From positions 7,910-71,909 of IMG/VR virus record IMGVR_UViG_3300030116_003110: DNA of 64,000 bases. One strand, written 5' to 3'. The DNA is from a virus. Shown one piece after another: positions 19,109 through 28,444 of this stretch; positions within the stretch are counted from its first letter, which is position 1; each line of letters opens with the position of its first letter. The notes under the pieces were generated by a model. The model was not told where the DNA came from. It ran no database searches and saw nothing but the letters and a program-made list of their open reading frames with translations. The position numbers and the translations under genes were made by a program.

Positions 19109-20059
19109 ATGGACTATATTTCAATCTGGATGGTAGTAGGTTTCCTACTTGCATCCTATTCTGTTATCGCCAACGATTCTGTTCAGACGCTAGGAACATG
19201 GATCGCTTCCAATCAAAAAGTAAACAGAATGATTATGTGGGGTGCAGCGTCAGCAGTCCTACTCTTTACTATCTGGTTTGGCTGGTATAGCAATGGGGGA
19301 GATATCTCCTACGGCCGACTAAATAAAATCCCCTTCCAAGAAATTCAATGGTATCACGCACTGGCTCCAGCAGTACTTCTTGTACTGACTAGATTCGGTG
19401 TGCCTGTATCTACATCATTCCTTGTCCTGTCTGCATTTGCCTCTACGTTTATTCTAGAGAAGATGCTGGTCAAGTCGATCATGGGATATGCCATTGCTGC
19501 CGTATCCGCATACGGTATCTGGTTCGTTATCAGTAAACTCTTGGATGAGTCTAATCCTATCAAGGATGAACATAAAAAGTATTGGGTGGTCGCTCAGTGG
19601 GTAACTACAGGTTTCTTGTGGTACACCTGGCTCAGTCACGACATGGCAAACATTGCGGTGTTCCTGCCACGTCAAATCCCAATTGAAATGATGTTCGTTA
19701 TCTCTGTTATCTTTGTAGCTGGTCTATATTGGATGTTCAGAGAAAATGGTGGACGTATTCAGACTGTTGTATTAGAAAAACATAATACCCGTTATGTACG
19801 TTCTGCTACTATTATTGACCTATTCTACTTCTTGATTTTGTGGTTCTTCAAGGAGTTGAACGATATTCCAATGTCTACCACTTGGGTATTCATTGGTCTT
19901 TTGACAGGTCGTGAATTGGCAATCGCAAGCTTTACTCAGAAACGTAAGTTCCGTTCGGTCTTCCCACTTGTGGGCAAAGACTTCTTTAAGATGATGATTG
20001 GACTTGCCGCTTCTGTCGGTATTGTGATTCTAATTCATTCCCTGTTACAACCGCAATAA
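19109..20059 (+). CDS. Polytopic membrane protein, divergent PiT/PHO4-like phosphate transporter
   Basis: About 9-10 hydrophobic segments; repeated PiT-like signatures IANDSVQTLG / HDMANIA and PVSTS / PMSTT; coupled to pstS. Confidence 0.65.
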   Translation: MDYISIWMVVGFLLASYSVIANDSVQTLGTWIASNQKVNRMIMWGAASAVLLFTIWFGWYSNGGDISYGRLNKIPFQEIQWYHALAPAVLLVLTRFGVPVSTSFLVLSAFASTFILEKMLVKSIMGYAIAAVSAYGIWFVISKLLDESNPIKDEHKKYWVVAQWVTTGFLWYTWLSHDMANIAVFLPRQIPIEMMFVISVIFVAGLYWMFRENGGRIQTVVLEKHNTRYVRSATIIDLFYFLILWFFKELNDIPMSTTWVFIGLLTGRELAIASFTQKRKFRSVFPLVGKDFFKMMIGLAASVGIVILIHSLLQPQ

Positions 20060-20079
20060 TGTTCTTAAAGGAGAAAAAA

Positions 20080-21069
20080 ATGAGAGCATTTAATCTAATG
20101 ATTGCAATGTTCGTGAGTTTAATCGCCACGTCTACCGCAGTCGCTGATCGTGCCAACACTATTTCTATTGTTGGTTCTTCTACCGTGTATCCATTCGCCT
20201 CTGCTGTTGCAGAATCGTTTGGTGAAACCACGGATTTTGAAACACCTATCATCGAGTCTACCGGCTCCGGTGGTGGTATGAAGTTGTTTTGTGCAGGTAC
20301 TGGACTTTCCACACCTGATATTACTAACGCATCACGTCAAATGAAATCTTCTGAGGCAGAGACTTGTGCTGCCAATGGTGTAGAATTCGTTGAGTTCATG
20401 GTTGGTTATGATGGTATTGTCATTGCTAACTCTCTGAATGGTGGTCCTGCTCTGAGCATGACTCGTGAGCAAGTTGCTCTGGCAGTTGCAGCGCAGGTTC
20501 CAGATGCTAACGGTAATCTGATTGAAACCCCATATGAGATGTGGTCTGATATTGATGCATCTCTGCCTAATCGCCCTATTGTAGTTCTTGGTCCACCAAC
20601 TTCTTCTGGCACCCGTGATGCCTTTGAAGAACTGGTAATCCATAAAGCATATAAGGCAATGGGCTTTGACAAGGCAACTTACAAGTCTATTGAAATCCGT
20701 GAAGACGGAGCATATGTAGAATCTGGTGAGAATGACTCTTTGATTATTGACAGTCTCACTAAAGACGGCGATGCTGTAGGCATTTTCGGATTCTCTTTCT
20801 TACAGAACAATGCTGATCGTGTAAAGGGTGCAACAATTGATGGCGTAGAACCTACGTTTGAAAACATTGCATCTGGCGATTACCCTGTATCTCGTTCTCT
20901 GTTCTTCTATGTTAAAGCCAACCATGTTGGTGTAGTAGATGGCATTGCCGAGTATGCAGAAGAATTTGTCTTTCAAGCAGAACCTGAAGGTCGGCTGACT
21001 GATATCGGTTTGATCCCCGGTAATGATGCAGACCAACAAGCCATGTTTGAGGCACTGGAATCCCTCTAA
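20080..21069 (+). CDS. pstS: Phosphate-binding protein PstS
   Basis: Signal peptide; GSSTVYP, STGSGGG, NASR, SSGTRDAF, YPVSRSLFFY; start chosen after AGGAG. Confidence 0.93.
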   Translation: MRAFNLMIAMFVSLIATSTAVADRANTISIVGSSTVYPFASAVAESFGETTDFETPIIESTGSGGGMKLFCAGTGLSTPDITNASRQMKSSEAETCAANGVEFVEFMVGYDGIVIANSLNGGPALSMTREQVALAVAAQVPDANGNLIETPYEMWSDIDASLPNRPIVVLGPPTSSGTRDAFEELVIHKAYKAMGFDKATYKSIEIREDGAYVESGENDSLIIDSLTKDGDAVGIFGFSFLQNNADRVKGATIDGVEPTFENIASGDYPVSRSLFFYVKANHVGVVDGIAEYAEEFVFQAEPEGRLTDIGLIPGNDADQQAMFEALESL

Positions 21070-21080
21070 GGGATAGTTGG

Positions 21081-21113
21081 AAGGGGGGACTTCGGTTCCC
21101 CTTTCTTTTTTTT
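21081..21113 (+). terminator. Rho-independent terminator
   Basis: aaggggga-cttcgg-ttccccctt followed by a T tract. Confidence 0.85.
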
Positions 21114-21141
21114 AAAATATAAAACAAGGAAACTGCAAACC

Positions 21142-22245
21142 ATGCTAAAGAAAATCTTTGCATCTCTCGCCCTCTCCCTAGCAACTGCAACAGCTGCTTT
21201 TGCTGAAACCAAAGTAGGTTTCATCTATGTTGGTCCAATTGGTGACCTTGGATGGACTTACCGACATGACGTTGGCCGTCTTGCTGTAGAAGAAGCATAT
21301 GGACCAGACGTATCTACTTCCTACCTTGAAATGGTTCCTGAAGGACCAGAAGCAGTACAGGCTATTACCCAGCTGGCTGAAACTGGTCATGATATTATCT
21401 TTACTACCTCTTTTGGTTACATGGACGCAACTAACGAAGTTGCTGCTAACTATCCAGATGTAGCATTTGAACATGCTACTGGTTATATCCGTGACACCGA
21501 AAACATGGCAACCTTCTCTGCACGCTTCTATGAAGGTCGTGTAGTACAAGGTATGATTGCCGCTAACATGACTGAAACCAATAAGATTGGTTACATTGCT
21601 TCGTTCCCTATTCCAGAAGTAATTCGTGGTATTAACGCATTCATGCTGGAAGCACAGAAGCACAATCCCGATATTGAAGTAGATATCATCTGGCTGTATA
21701 CTTGGTTTGATCCTGCAAAGGAAGCAACCGCAGCACAAGCACTAATTGACGAAGGTGCTGATATCATTGTACAACACACTGACTCTCCTGCACCTGTACA
21801 GATTGCAGAACAGAATGGTGTATATGCATTTGGTCAGGCGTCTAACATGTCCCGTTTTGGTCCTAACGCACATCTGGTTTCTATTGTAGATGATTGGGAT
21901 TCGTACTACGTTGACCGTGTTGGTCAAGTAATGGACGGTACTTGGACTGGTGGCGATACTTGGTGGGGTTTCACCAAAGATGGTCAAGGTGGTGAAGTAG
22001 GCATGGTTGCTCTGGAAAGCTACAATGTTGCTGCTATGGGTGAAGAACTTGTAGAGGCTGCTATGGCGTTGGAAGCATCACTTGCTAATGGTGACCGTCA
22101 CGCATTCCCTTGTGAGGGTCTGCTGAAGCAGGATGGTTCTGTACCTGAAGATTGTGCCAATGGTGCTGATAACCTTGGTGACTGGCCAACTCTGTTGTCC
22201 ATGAACTGGTATGTAGCAGGTATTGACGCATCAGTACCTAACTAA
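21142..22245 (+). CDS. BMP-family ABC transporter substrate-binding protein (purine/nucleoside-binding type)
   Basis: Signal peptide; KVGFIYVGPIGDLGWTYRHD, IFTTSFGY, IPEVIRGINAF, TWFDP, QHTDS. Confidence 0.92.
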   Translation: MLKKIFASLALSLATATAAFAETKVGFIYVGPIGDLGWTYRHDVGRLAVEEAYGPDVSTSYLEMVPEGPEAVQAITQLAETGHDIIFTTSFGYMDATNEVAANYPDVAFEHATGYIRDTENMATFSARFYEGRVVQGMIAANMTETNKIGYIASFPIPEVIRGINAFMLEAQKHNPDIEVDIIWLYTWFDPAKEATAAQALIDEGADIIVQHTDSPAPVQIAEQNGVYAFGQASNMSRFGPNAHLVSIVDDWDSYYVDRVGQVMDGTWTGGDTWWGFTKDGQGGEVGMVALESYNVAAMGEELVEAAMALEASLANGDRHAFPCEGLLKQDGSVPEDCANGADNLGDWPTLLSMNWYVAGIDASVPN

Positions 22246-22249
22246 AAGA

Positions 22250-22279
22250 AAAAGGGGAAGATAATCTGGTCTTCCCCTT
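22250..22279. terminator. Hairpin between convergent genes, probable terminator for the minus-strand gene
   Basis: aaggggaaga...tcttcccctt stem with a 5' A tract (U tract on the minus strand). Confidence 0.7.
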
Positions 22280-22288
22280 GATTACTAT

Positions 22289-22522
22289 TTACTTGTTCTT
22301 CCAGATCATCCAGAGAACCCAAACAGCTAAGAGTCCAACGAGCCCGCTGGAACCAAGGGATTCTACAACGCCAGAGACGTTATCAATGACACTTACGCCA
22401 TTAGGCATAAATGGTACTGCTCCCAGACCGAGCAGTTCTGCTACAATAGTAAGGGCGAGAAGACTAACACCAAGGTCTGCAATCTTACCTACCCACTTTT
22501 GTACGTTACTTACGATATCCAT
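22289..22522 (-). CDS. Small two-TM membrane protein, late-expressed
   Basis: GGAGG RBS, two hydrophobic segments, own late promoter. Confidence 0.8.
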   Translation of the reverse strand: MDIVSNVQKWVGKIADLGVSLLALTIVAELLGLGAVPFMPNGVSVIDNVSGVVESLGSSGLVGLLAVWVLWMIWKNK

Positions 22523-22552
22523 AATATCCTCCGTTAGATGTTCATAACTGTT

Positions 22553-22560
22553 TATTTATA
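22553..22560 (-). promoter_or_regulatory. T4-type late promoter (minus strand)
   Basis: tatttata is the reverse complement of TATAAATA. Confidence 0.8.
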
Positions 22561-22569
22561 TGTTTCCTA

Positions 22570-22598
22570 TTGACAACCCCCAGACAATGATGTATAAT
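22570..22598 (+). promoter_or_regulatory. Sigma70-type promoter for gp46
   Basis: TTGACA-N17-TATAAT, perfect consensus. Confidence 0.85.
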
Positions 22599-22617
22599 AA
22601 TCCACATATTGTACTGA

Positions 22618-24348
22618 GTGATGGAGAGTCCTATCATTAAATTTCATTCTGTCCAGTTCAAAAACTTTTTGTCAACTGGCAATACATTTACAAAGATTGA
22701 GTTGGATAAGTCACCTACCACTCTGATTGTAGGTGCAAATGGTGCAGGTAAGTCTACTATGCTGGATGCCTTGTCATTTGGTCTGTTTGGAAAACCTTAC
22801 CGCAACATCAACAAACCACAACTGATCAATACTATTAATAGTAAGGATTGTGTGGTTCATGTAGAGTTTTCAGTAGGCCCTAACAGGTTCAAAGTTATTC
22901 GGGGTATCAAACCTAACATCTTTGAGATTTACAAGAATGGTGAGGTCATCAATGAGTCTTCCCATGCTAAAGAATTCCAAAGACTTCTAGAACAAAATAT
23001 TCTAAAACTAAACCACAAATCATTTCATCAGATTGTGGTGCTTGGTTCGTCATCTTTTATTCCATTCATGCAACTTACCGCAGCACACCGCCGGGAAGTG
23101 ATTGAAGACCTATTGGATATCAATATCTTTTCTAAGATGAATATGGTATTGAAAGACAATATTGCTAGTCTTAAAGATAAAATCCGTGATGCTGATCATC
23201 AGGTAGATATTGTCAGAAACAAGATTGAAGTCCAAAGGAAATACATTAATGATATTAAGAATCTTAATGAGGAAAAAATCTATGAGAAACAAACCGAAAT
23301 CAAGGCGCAGGAGAATACAATTGAGCAGATCGAGCTTGAAAATGAAGAAGTACAAGAAACTCTTGCGGCAAAGTATGATCAGGTCGCAGAACGATTAGAA
23401 CAAGCTGGTAGTACTTTCCAAGACAACCGTATGCTAAAAGCATATCATCAATCGGAGATGAAGAAACTTGTTAAAGAAGATAAGTTCTTTCAAGACAATG
23501 ACATTTGCCCGACTTGTACGCAAGAGATTGACGAGACTATTAAAAAACAGAAGTCTCAAGATATCGCAAAGAAAGCGAAGGAAATCCAGAAGGCGTTTCA
23601 GGCGGTAGAGGAAAGTTTATCTACTGGTAAAGAACTGGTAGATAACCTACAGGAGCAGAATAGACAGTCTATGGAGTTGCAGTCTACCCTGAGAGACAAC
23701 AATACTAAAATTGATATGTCTCGCCGTTTGATTAAGAAGTTGGAACAGGAGATTGTTGAGACTTCTGATACCAAAGAAAATATTAAACAGGCCAGCAAAG
23801 ACCTTGACGATTACATTGATGAGAAAGATAGTCTGGTCACAGAGAAGTTAGAACTGTCTGAGGAATACGACTACAGTAATGTTATTGCAGAGATGCTAAA
23901 AGATACTGGTATCAAGACCAAGATCATTAAACAGTATCTCCCTGTAATGAATAAACTGGTCAATCAGTATTTACAGACACTGGACTTCTTTGTACATTTT
24001 GAATTGAATGAAGGATTTGCAGAAACTATTCGTTCACGACACCGGGATAGTTTCTCTTATGATTCTTTCAGCGAAGGTGAAAAGCAACGTATTGACTTGG
24101 CACTGCTGTTTACATGGCGGCAGATTGCTAAGATGAAAAACTCTGTTGCTACCAACCTTCTTATTCTGGATGAGACATTTGATTCCAGCCTAGATAATGA
24201 TGGAGTTGAAAACCTGTTCAAGATTATTCACACCTTGGGTGCTGATACTAATGTATTTGTTATTTCACATAAAGGTGAGATTTTGGACGGTCGGTTCAAG
24301 TCTAAGATGGAATTCTACAAAGACAAAAACTTTAGCAAAATGCGTTAA
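22618..24348 (+). CDS. gp46: Recombination ATPase gp46 (SbcC/Rad50-like)
   Basis: GANGAGKS, zinc hook CPTC, FSEGEKQR, LILDE, ISH. Confidence 0.96.
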   Translation: MMESPIIKFHSVQFKNFLSTGNTFTKIELDKSPTTLIVGANGAGKSTMLDALSFGLFGKPYRNINKPQLINTINSKDCVVHVEFSVGPNRFKVIRGIKPNIFEIYKNGEVINESSHAKEFQRLLEQNILKLNHKSFHQIVVLGSSSFIPFMQLTAAHRREVIEDLLDINIFSKMNMVLKDNIASLKDKIRDADHQVDIVRNKIEVQRKYINDIKNLNEEKIYEKQTEIKAQENTIEQIELENEEVQETLAAKYDQVAERLEQAGSTFQDNRMLKAYHQSEMKKLVKEDKFFQDNDICPTCTQEIDETIKKQKSQDIAKKAKEIQKAFQAVEESLSTGKELVDNLQEQNRQSMELQSTLRDNNTKIDMSRRLIKKLEQEIVETSDTKENIKQASKDLDDYIDEKDSLVTEKLELSEEYDYSNVIAEMLKDTGIKTKIIKQYLPVMNKLVNQYLQTLDFFVHFELNEGFAETIRSRHRDSFSYDSFSEGEKQRIDLALLFTWRQIAKMKNSVATNLLILDETFDSSLDNDGVENLFKIIHTLGADTNVFVISHKGEILDGRFKSKMEFYKDKNFSKMR

Positions 24349-24356
24349 GAAAGTTC

Positions 24357-24385
24357 TTGACAAACGTATTGATATGGTTTATATT
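24357..24385 (+). promoter_or_regulatory. Sigma70-type promoter
   Basis: TTGACA-N17-TATATT. Confidence 0.75.
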
Positions 24386-24416
24386 ATATACTGTCTGATA
24401 AAAAGTATGAGAGTTA

Positions 24417-24695
24417 ATGATGAAATACAGTGAAGATCGTATCCTGAAAGAAATGGAAGAGTATGTTGCTCAGACCTACAAGGGTCACTACTCTAAGCAA
24501 AAGTTCCAAGCTACTGAGTTTATCATTGACTCTGGCCACGGGATGGGTTTCTGTCTCGGAAACATTATGAAGTATGCACAACGTTATGGCAAAAAGAATG
24601 GTCGTAACCGTGATGACTTGATGAAAATCGCCCATTATGCTATGATGGCTCTACATGTACATGATCTAGATGAGGATGCATTTGATGTTGAATAA
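24417..24695 (+). CDS. DUF3310-like protein
   Basis: HY...GFCLGNIMKYAQRYGKKNG...DLMK pattern. Confidence 0.75.
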   Translation: MMKYSEDRILKEMEEYVAQTYKGHYSKQKFQATEFIIDSGHGMGFCLGNIMKYAQRYGKKNGRNRDDLMKIAHYAMMALHVHDLDEDAFDVE

Positions 24696-25347
24696 TACTA
24701 TGGAAGTTATTCGTAACTTCGGAACCATTAACCAGAACCTTGTGTTCCGCAAAGGGAATGTTCTGCGCACTATTGCAGATGCAAAGAACGTTCTTGCTAT
24801 GGCAACTCTTGATGAAGAGTTTCCGCAGGATTTTGGTATCTATGATGTGAATGAGTTTATTGGCGCATTCAATCTGATTGAAGACGGTGCTGTGCATTAT
24901 CAGGACAAGCACATGGTTATTGCTAATGGCAAGTCTTCTATTAATTATTTTTACTCTGATATTGAGATGTTGACTAATCCACCTGAAAAGGATTTGCAGG
25001 TTCCTGATCCTGAAGTCACATTCAATCTCACTCAAGATATTCTGAGTCAGCTGCGCAAAGCATCTTCTGCTCTTGGACATAAGAGCGTGATCATTGGCAG
25101 TACTGAAAATGACTCAGTAACCCTATCAATTGTTGATCCTAAAAACATGACTTCTAATGAGTATACCATTGAAGTTGATGGTGTGTGGCATGGTGATATC
25201 CAGTCTAATACACGCCTAAGTATCAACATTGATAACCTGAAACTTCTGCCCGGTGATTATACGGTAGAGGTTTCTTCTAAACTTATCAGTAAGTTTACTA
25301 ACGTTAGTAGGCAACTCCAATACTGGATTGCTTTGGAAAAGAATTAA
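24670..25347 (+). CDS. gp45: Sliding clamp gp45
   Basis: NFGTINQN, FGIYDVNEF, NLKLLPGDY, YWIALE; true start may be 24685. Confidence 0.93.
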   Translation: MRMHLMLNNTMEVIRNFGTINQNLVFRKGNVLRTIADAKNVLAMATLDEEFPQDFGIYDVNEFIGAFNLIEDGAVHYQDKHMVIANGKSSINYFYSDIEMLTNPPEKDLQVPDPEVTFNLTQDILSQLRKASSALGHKSVIIGSTENDSVTLSIVDPKNMTSNEYTIEVDGVWHGDIQSNTRLSINIDNLKLLPGDYTVEVSSKLISKFTNVSRQLQYWIALEKN

Positions 25348-25360
25348 GAGGTACTATTTA

Positions 25361-25558
25361 ATGGAAAACGAAACTGAATTTCTGGACCTTGCACAGAAAG
25401 TCTCCCGTTCTAGCATTGCGATTATTGACGCAATCGTGCAGCGTGGTGCTTTCAAAGGTGAAGAACTTTCTACTGTTGGAGGCCTGCGTGATCAGTGTGT
25501 ACAACTGACACAAAAGGTTGAAGAACGTCAACAGGAACTTGCAGAAGAAGAGGAATAA
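25361..25558 (+). CDS. Conserved small hypothetical protein
   Basis: GAGG RBS; IIDAIVQRGAFKGEELSTVG motif. Confidence 0.7.
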   Translation: MENETEFLDLAQKVSRSSIAIIDAIVQRGAFKGEELSTVGGLRDQCVQLTQKVEERQQELAEEEE

Positions 25559-25561
25559 ATC

Positions 25562-25777
25562 ATGGGACGTTGGGATGATGAAGATGACGGTAACTACACC
25601 GAATTCACTTTTGAAATGCGGCGATATGAAAAACATGACAATGTAGATGAAGTCCGCAAGACTTTTCGGTCAAATGATGATGACTTGAATGAAATTCTTG
25701 AACAAGCATCTTACTTCCTGCAAGGATGTTCCTTTACATATGTTAAAGGTCTAACTGCTGAGAAAGAAAGCAGTTAA
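25562..25777 (+). CDS. Hypothetical protein
   Basis: GAGG RBS; fills the gap before a terminator. Confidence 0.65.
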   Translation: MGRWDDEDDGNYTEFTFEMRRYEKHDNVDEVRKTFRSNDDDLNEILEQASYFLQGCSFTYVKGLTAEKESS

Positions 25778-25783
25778 TATAAT

Positions 25784-25819
25784 GGGGGGCTTGACTGCCC
25801 CCTTTCTTTTCTATATAAT
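25784..25819 (+). promoter_or_regulatory. Composite terminator hairpin and sigma70 promoter
   Basis: gggggc-ttgact-gccccc plus T-rich tail; loop TTGACT-N17-TATAAT. Confidence 0.75.
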
Positions 25820-25844
25820 GATTTCCTAACTCTAGTAAGGAATA

Positions 25845-26783
25845 TTGATGAGTGATTTTCTTTGGGTGGAACGTTATCGTCCACAAAATATTGACACCTG
25901 TATTCTACCACAATCACTAAAAGATACATTTAACCAGATTGTAGAAACTGGTGAAATCCCTAACATGTTATTCACTGGTACTGCTGGCTTAGGAAAGACC
26001 ACAGTAGCAAAGGCATTGTGCAATGAACTGGACCTTGACTGGATTCTAATCAACGGGTCTGAAGAAGGTAACATTGATACACTGCGAAATAAAATCAAAC
26101 AGTTTGCATCTACTGTATCACTGCAAGGTGGATACAAGGTGGTCATTCTAGATGAGGCAGACTATCTTAACCCACAGTCTTTCCAGCCTGCGCTGCGTGG
26201 TTTTATTGAAGAGTTTGCAAACAACTGCCGATTTATTCTGACTTGTAATTTTAAGAACCGTATTATTGAACCGTTGCACTCAAGATGCGGTGTATATGAA
26301 TTTAATACAAACAAGAAGACTATGGCAGAACTATCTGCTCAGTTTATGAAACGACTGACTTGGATTCTTGATCAGGAGAATGTTACATATGATAAAAAAG
26401 TTCTTGCTGAACTTATTATTCGTTTTGCGCCTGATTGGCGTCGGGTTATTAACGAGTGTCAACGTTATTCTCTCTCTGGTAACATTGATACTGGTATTCT
26501 TAGTCTGCTTTCCAATAGTTCTGTTTCTGACCTTATTGGATATCTTAAGGGAAAAGACTTCAAGAAAATGAGAGCATGGGTTACAAATAATATGGACACA
26601 GATACGTCTGGTATCTTCCGTAGTATCTATGACTCTATGACCGAAACAATGCAACCGGGTAGTATTCCCCGTGCTGTGCTTATCCTTGCTGATTATCAAT
26701 ATAAGAATGCATTTGTAGCAGACCATGAACTAAACGTGGTTGCTTGTCTGACAGAACTTATGGCAGAAGTAGAATGGACCTAA
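25845..26783 (+). CDS. gp44: Clamp loader large subunit gp44
   Basis: LWVERYRP, GTAGLGKTT, ILDEAD, IIEPLHSRC. Confidence 0.96.
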   Translation: MMSDFLWVERYRPQNIDTCILPQSLKDTFNQIVETGEIPNMLFTGTAGLGKTTVAKALCNELDLDWILINGSEEGNIDTLRNKIKQFASTVSLQGGYKVVILDEADYLNPQSFQPALRGFIEEFANNCRFILTCNFKNRIIEPLHSRCGVYEFNTNKKTMAELSAQFMKRLTWILDQENVTYDKKVLAELIIRFAPDWRRVINECQRYSLSGNIDTGILSLLSNSSVSDLIGYLKGKDFKKMRAWVTNNMDTDTSGIFRSIYDSMTETMQPGSIPRAVLILADYQYKNAFVADHELNVVACLTELMAEVEWT

Positions 26784-27484
26784 AGCGCCCCTCTAAGGTA
26801 GCAAGAAAGAGCGTTAAAAACAGACACTGGCACATTTTAAAAAATGAACAAAATGTTGCTGCCTTAGACTATGCTTTAGTTCCACCTGAACAGAAAGAGT
26901 GGCAAGACGGTTTCTATCCTTATATCCAAAGACACATCCTTTCTAAACTTGGACGTGTTAGAACTTCTATTGACGTGGGGGCTAATTATGGATGGATGGC
27001 AAATATTTTTAATAGTTTTTCTGAAAGAGTAGAATGTTTTGAACCTAGAGAAGATGTTTACAACTGTTTAGTAAAAAATATAGACAAAAATAAATGGAAA
27101 GCTACAGCACATAATATTGGACTGAGTGATGTAACTGGTATAGACTTTCATGATAATAACAAAATAACAGGTATAACAAAACTAGGTGCTGAAAATGGAA
27201 TCCAGTGTGAAGTCACGACATTGGATTCTTTTGGATTTAAAGATGTTGACATTTTAAAAATTGACGCAGAAGGGTATGAAAATAAAATTCTTTCAGGTTC
27301 ATATAACACTATCCTAGATAATAGACCTGTTTGTATTGTTGAAATGGGTGATGAGTTTTTGAAACGCAATCCATACCTAGAAGACCATAGACAAACTTTT
27401 TTTAGACACTTTGTGAACTTAGAGTATAATCTGTTTGATTTACGCACAAGAGATTATATTTTCTTTCCTATTGAAATGAGGTAA
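26774..27484 (+). CDS. FkbM-family methyltransferase
   Basis: IDVGANYG, CFEP, TTLDSF, LKIDAEGYE. Confidence 0.88.
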   Translation: MDLKRPSKVARKSVKNRHWHILKNEQNVAALDYALVPPEQKEWQDGFYPYIQRHILSKLGRVRTSIDVGANYGWMANIFNSFSERVECFEPREDVYNCLVKNIDKNKWKATAHNIGLSDVTGIDFHDNNKITGITKLGAENGIQCEVTTLDSFGFKDVDILKIDAEGYENKILSGSYNTILDNRPVCIVEMGDEFLKRNPYLEDHRQTFFRHFVNLEYNLFDLRTRDYIFFPIEMR

Positions 27485-27486
27485 CT

Positions 27487-27732
27487 ATGCTTAGACTTTA
27501 TACTAAAAACAATTGCTCTTTTTGTGATCTTATGAAAAGTAAATTAAAAAATTGGGGATATGAATATGAGGTCATTAACATTCAAGAAGATGAAGAAGCA
27601 AAAGCTTTTATTGTCTTGGATGAAGGACATAAAACTGTACCACAACTTTACTACAATAACATTAATGTAAATCGTGGCATTGATACTAGAGACTTCAATC
27701 AGTTTATGCTACGGGAAGCCATGAATGATTGA
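27487..27732 (+). CDS. Glutaredoxin (NrdC/NrdH-like)
   Basis: CSFC active site; TVPQL. Confidence 0.9.
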   Translation: MLRLYTKNNCSFCDLMKSKLKNWGYEYEVINIQEDEEAKAFIVLDEGHKTVPQLYYNNINVNRGIDTRDFNQFMLREAMND

Positions 27733-28444
27733 TGATCCTTGGTATCATAAAAGAACTGAATATTTATTAGAAAATACTAAACAGATTGAGTCTGATGGCC
27801 GCTTTGATTACTTAAATCAAGATAGTTTAAAATGGGTTGTTTACAGTGTTGATAAACTTAGCCGTGATTGGTCATGGGATATTTCTGATGATTATTGGAT
27901 AGGTCATGCAAACTATGAGTTGTATGCAAATATGATGGGCTTTGCTTCTGTCTTTCAAAGAAGACATAAAATGACTAATCCTATCTGTATTAGTGTCGGT
28001 GAAAACTATTGGGTTCACCCCGGCACCACAAGGTATTTTGTAAATAAAGTGTGCAATGATGTTGATTTGTCAGCTATCATCATTGACACTTCTGGGGGAT
28101 TTAACGAAAATAAAATTTATAGTGATTTTCCTGATGTTCAGCCTTACATGGGAGAATTAAAGTTTTCATATTCTCAAGTTGATAACACTTATTGGGTGAA
28201 ACCAACATCAATATCAATTGATACTAAATATTATCAATTAGAATATGAAAATATTGTAAAACTTTTTGAGCTTGACTTTTCTGTTGATGTGTGGTGTAAT
28301 GGTAAACATTTTTTAACTGTTCCTAACAGCAAACCAAAAAAGTCTTTTAAAGTAGATGGAATGAAAGGTCTAGCACAATTGTCTATTCACCTACTCAGTG
28401 ATCCTAATTATCAATTTGAGGAATTGTTTTATGAAAGACAATAG
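27725..28444 (+). CDS. Hypothetical protein, paralog A (ParB/Srx-like motif)
   Basis: NPICISVGENYWVHPGTTRY; colinear with the next gene. Confidence 0.6.
   Translation: MIDDPWYHKRTEYLLENTKQIESDGRFDYLNQDSLKWVVYSVDKLSRDWSWDISDDYWIGHANYELYANMMGFASVFQRRHKMTNPICISVGENYWVHPGTTRYFVNKVCNDVDLSAIIIDTSGGFNENKIYSDFPDVQPYMGELKFSYSQVDNTYWVKPTSISIDTKYYQLEYENIVKLFELDFSVDVWCNGKHFLTVPNSKPKKSFKVDGMKGLAQLSIHLLSDPNYQFEELFYERQ

Noticed and set aside
18977-20080. Pho box upstream of the PiT-like gene or pstS
   Set aside because: No tandem CTGTCAT-like repeat seen by eye; only a short hairpin (gtaggg/ccctac) after the tRNA, of unknown meaning.
19109-22245. Host chromosomal contamination (transport genes next to a tRNA)
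   Set aside because: Genes are embedded between gp47 and gp46 with phage-style terminators and a neighbouring late promoter, and lack their cognate permease and ATPase genes.
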